Shown piece after piece: positions 61,201 through 64,000 of a DNA stretch of 64,000 bases. The number at the start of each line of letters is the position of its first letter. Position 1 is the first letter of the stretch. Both the position numbers and the translations under genes were made by a program. Source of the stretch: Setoptus koraiensis (taxonomy: Eukaryota; Animalia; Arthropoda). Under the pieces are notes generated by a model, which saw only the letters and a list, made by a program, of their open reading frames with translations, had not been told where the DNA came from and searched no databases. The stretch lies in NCBI GenBank assembly GCA_048013815.1, contig CM106585.1, positions 4,464,001 to 4,528,000 of the forward strand. The letters run 5' to 3'.

Positions 61201-62299
61201 AAGCGGCAAGACAGGCGCCAATGGTGGCAATGGCGGCAAAAAGTGGCAGCGATTCGTTTCGTTTCGTTTTTAGCGGAATGGTTCCAACGGTTCGTTGTTG
61301 GTTGCCGGTTGCGGTGGTTGGCGGCGTCGTCGTCGTCGTTGTTTCGGTTGTCGTTGTTTCAGTTGTTGCGCAAATTGGTTCAATTACGTCGCCATTCCAT
61401 CAATGCGACACACACACACACACACCGTTGCAAGATTGTCGTAGCACCGTTATAAGTCGCACAAAATCGACGGTGCAGTGCGGTGCAGCAGCGGTGCGGT
61501 GCAGCAGGTAGTGTGGTGCAGCAGGTAGTGTGGTGCAGGGGTGTGGGTATAGTGAGAGACAAAACAAGAGATTGCTGTAGAGGGGCATTTTTATAACATT
61601 AAGACAGAGAGAGAGAGAGAGAGTAGCCGCTGGCTCATTCGGCCGGCCAACAGCTCATTTAGCCGGAGTTATTACAACCGCGGTTTCAGTGCCACTGGCT
61701 CATTCATGCAACATGAATCATGTTGCGTAACCGTTTGTTTGTGTGTGTGTGTGTTGCGCAATCTTACCTGAGCTGTTGTTTGTGTTGTAGAGGGCAGTGG
61801 CGTAGCCATTGCCAAAGCCATTGCCATTGGCCATTGATAATGCGCTCATGTTGGGCATTGCGCCGACACCAATGGCGCCACCGACGACGCCGTTATTATT
61901 GGCCTGATTGTTTAATAACTGCTGCTGCTGTTGTTGTTGTTGCTGCTGCTGTTGTTGTTGTTGTCGTTGACTAGCCACCTGCTGCTGTTGGCCGGTACCC
62001 GCGCCCGTCTGAAACGTCGACGGGGGCGTCACCGATGTGGGAGTGGACTTATTTGAGGACATGCTGCTAGATGAGGCAGCAGAGGAGACGGACGATGGTG
62101 GTGGCGATCGCAATAAATGTGACGCTTTGTTGTTGTTATTGGTGGGTTGTAGTTGTTGCTGCTGCTGCTGTGCCTCGAGCGCCGTCAGCGGCACGGGCGA
62201 CACGGATCCGGGACCCTTGCCCAGGTTGTTGTTGGCGTCCATGCCCAGGGGTACCGACAGCGCCAATGTGGTCGACTGGTCAACATTGGACTGTAGAGC
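58283..62299 (-). CDS. Mef2: Myocyte enhancer factor 2, 3' exons only (approx. 62299-61768, 61010-60860, 58850-58283); MADS/MEF2 domain lies beyond the window
   Basis: Motifs matching recalled MEF2 C-terminal landmarks: TTLALSVPLG (cf. xLPVSVPV), NGNGFGNGY (cf. GNGYGN), FNTADL (cf. LNSADL), NIKLE (cf. NIKSE) and terminal PLHKRTRLADVWPA (cf. KRMRLSEGWAT / KRPRISGGWGT). Splice phases are consistent (1 then 2); the 61010 acceptor has a poor pyrimidine tract. Confidence 0.75.
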
Positions 62300-63635
62300 C
62301 TGATGGTGGGGCAACGTTGCGGGGCATTAATAACGTGGGGGCACGAATAACGGGGTACAAAAAAGTTACAATAGGTTAGTTGGTGGTGGTGGGAGACAAG
62401 TTGCTTTGAATGCGCTGGCGACGGAAGCGGCAGCTTCCAGGGCGCAGGATAGATGGCGACGCTGGGCCCGAAGGGCACGGCCGGCACGTGTTGCGGGCCG
62501 TGCGACCGCTCGTCTCGTGCGGCATCCGCGTCTCGTGCGGCATCCGCGTCTTGTGTGCAACTCGTCCAGTTGTGCGCTCGCGCGACACAACTGAACGGCG
62601 TTCGAACGCTTCGAATGCTTCGAACGCTTCGAACGCTCCGAAGCAACAGGCTGCTTGTGGGAGAATGGGCCGCTCGTCGATTGTTCGCCGTTCGCCGGCC
62701 GTTCGCCGGGCCTCCGAAGGAACGAATTCTCAAGAAGAAGAATCGACAGTTGCGAATGGACGGCGCCGAATTGGGTCACACAACGGTGATGCTGTCACAG
62801 TGATGCAATTCCTTTGGCGTTTGTTGTTGGCGTTGCTGTTATATCATCACTGTTAGCGCAACAGTGATTGTGTTGCCGCATTGTGGGCCCACACAATGGG
62901 CGCACTACAAAAAGATGAATGGACGGCGGCTCGCAGCTGGCGCCCGGTCGCAGCCGGACGCCCGTCGCACCGGCGACCAACTTGTCCCGTTGTGCGCTCC
63001 TTCAGCCTCTGTCTCTGCTCGGCCCGCTTCCTTCGGCTCCTCTGCTTCCTTCGCTTCTCTGGCCTCTCGTGCTCGGCTCGCTTCTCTGGCCTCTTGTGCT
63101 CGGCTCGCCTCTCTCTCTCGCCTCTCGCTTCCCCCCAATCGGGAGCTTCCCCCAATCTGGAGCTTCCCCCGAACCTGAAACCGCTCGGCGCGCCGCTCGG
63201 GCCAGTGGTGGGCGCAGCGGCTGTGACACAACACCGGCACCTTGTGCGGCCGACTCAAGGTGCTGCCGCTGCTGCTAATCTGAGACCGCCACCAGCGCCG
63301 ACACTCGCGCGAATATGCCCGGCGCACCGGACGTGAATTGGCGGCGCGTTAAAATTGGGTCAACTTTCGTCGGCGCGGCCCACGGCCACGGCCAAGGAAT
63401 CGCCGTTGCGCGCACATGTAACCAATGTAACATGTACATTTCGTGTGCGTTACCGTATTACCTGGCGGCTTATTATCATGCATCGTAATATATTATTATA
63501 TATTATTGGCTGCCTTGTGATTGGCTGACTGGCTGCGGCGCAACAATTGCGACACTGCCGCAAAACACTGCAAAACACTCCGAGACGCCGCTGGATACCG
63601 CTGGATACTGCTGAATACTGCAGGATACTGCCAGC

Positions 63636-63684
63636 CAATGCCAGCCAATGCCAGCCAATGCCAGCCAATGCCAGCCAATGCCAA
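63636..63684. repeat. 10-nt tandem repeat GCCAATGCCA x~5
   Basis: Read directly; it produces the spurious WLALAGIGWH ORFs. Confidence 0.9.
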
Positions 63685-64000
63685 CGCCGCCCGACACCGC
63701 CAGAAACTGCCAGAAACTGCGAACGCCGCGCCGATACTCATGAGGCGAACGAGACAAACGGTTTCGATTGCCGGTCGGCGGCTCGCGAACGCCAATGTCA
63801 TTCGGATTTAAATTGCGCAAACAACTATTTAATTTTGTGACATGGCCGCAGCCAGTCAGCTGGCTCTGGCGTGCCGTCGGGCAGCGATACCTATCATTGG
63901 TGTTGGCGCGATCTGCAGCGCTCTGGAAATGGCTCGCTTTTTGGCAAATTATGCCAAAAAGAAAACTGTCAGACTGGCACATTCGCACCTCGTTGCAGCC

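Noticed and set aside
1-64000. CRISPR arrays, rRNA, tRNA, prokaryotic operons, horizontally acquired bacterial genes
   Set aside because: There is no repeat-spacer array (the repeats are head-to-tail without unique spacers) and no rRNA/tRNA signature was seen. All identified genes are eukaryotic types, several with spliceosomal introns.

Overview
Eukaryotic (animal, arthropod-type) genomic DNA from a compact, intron-poor genome. An acariform/eriophyoid-like mite is my inference and is not shown by the sequence. Left to right: 5' half of a Wnt gene (WntA-like, minus), a 2-finger C2H2 protein, a degenerate ACAD9-like protein, a stand-alone PHD-finger microprotein, a 945-bp non-autonomous DNA transposon with TIRs and an 8-bp TSD, an interrupted hypothetical ORF, ~10 kb of GC-rich repeat-laden non-coding DNA, choline transporter-like 1 (SLC44), another ~10 kb non-coding block with a decayed foldback element, HPD, glycyl-tRNA synthetase, a ~2,300-aa N/Q-rich putatively secreted protein whose 3' end is duplicated beyond a probable LINE relic, a lipin, CDC40/Prp17, a 500-N scaffold gap, and the 3' exons of Mef2 (minus). 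The most striking observations are a 359-aa lipin whose N-LIP and C-LIP domains are fused with the whole middle regulatory region absent, a Wnt carrying a ~290-aa low-complexity insertion with a KRKRR site inside its conserved helical core, and an ACAD9 that has lost its catalytic and FAD-binding motifs. All calls come from manual reading and motif recall; no searches were run.
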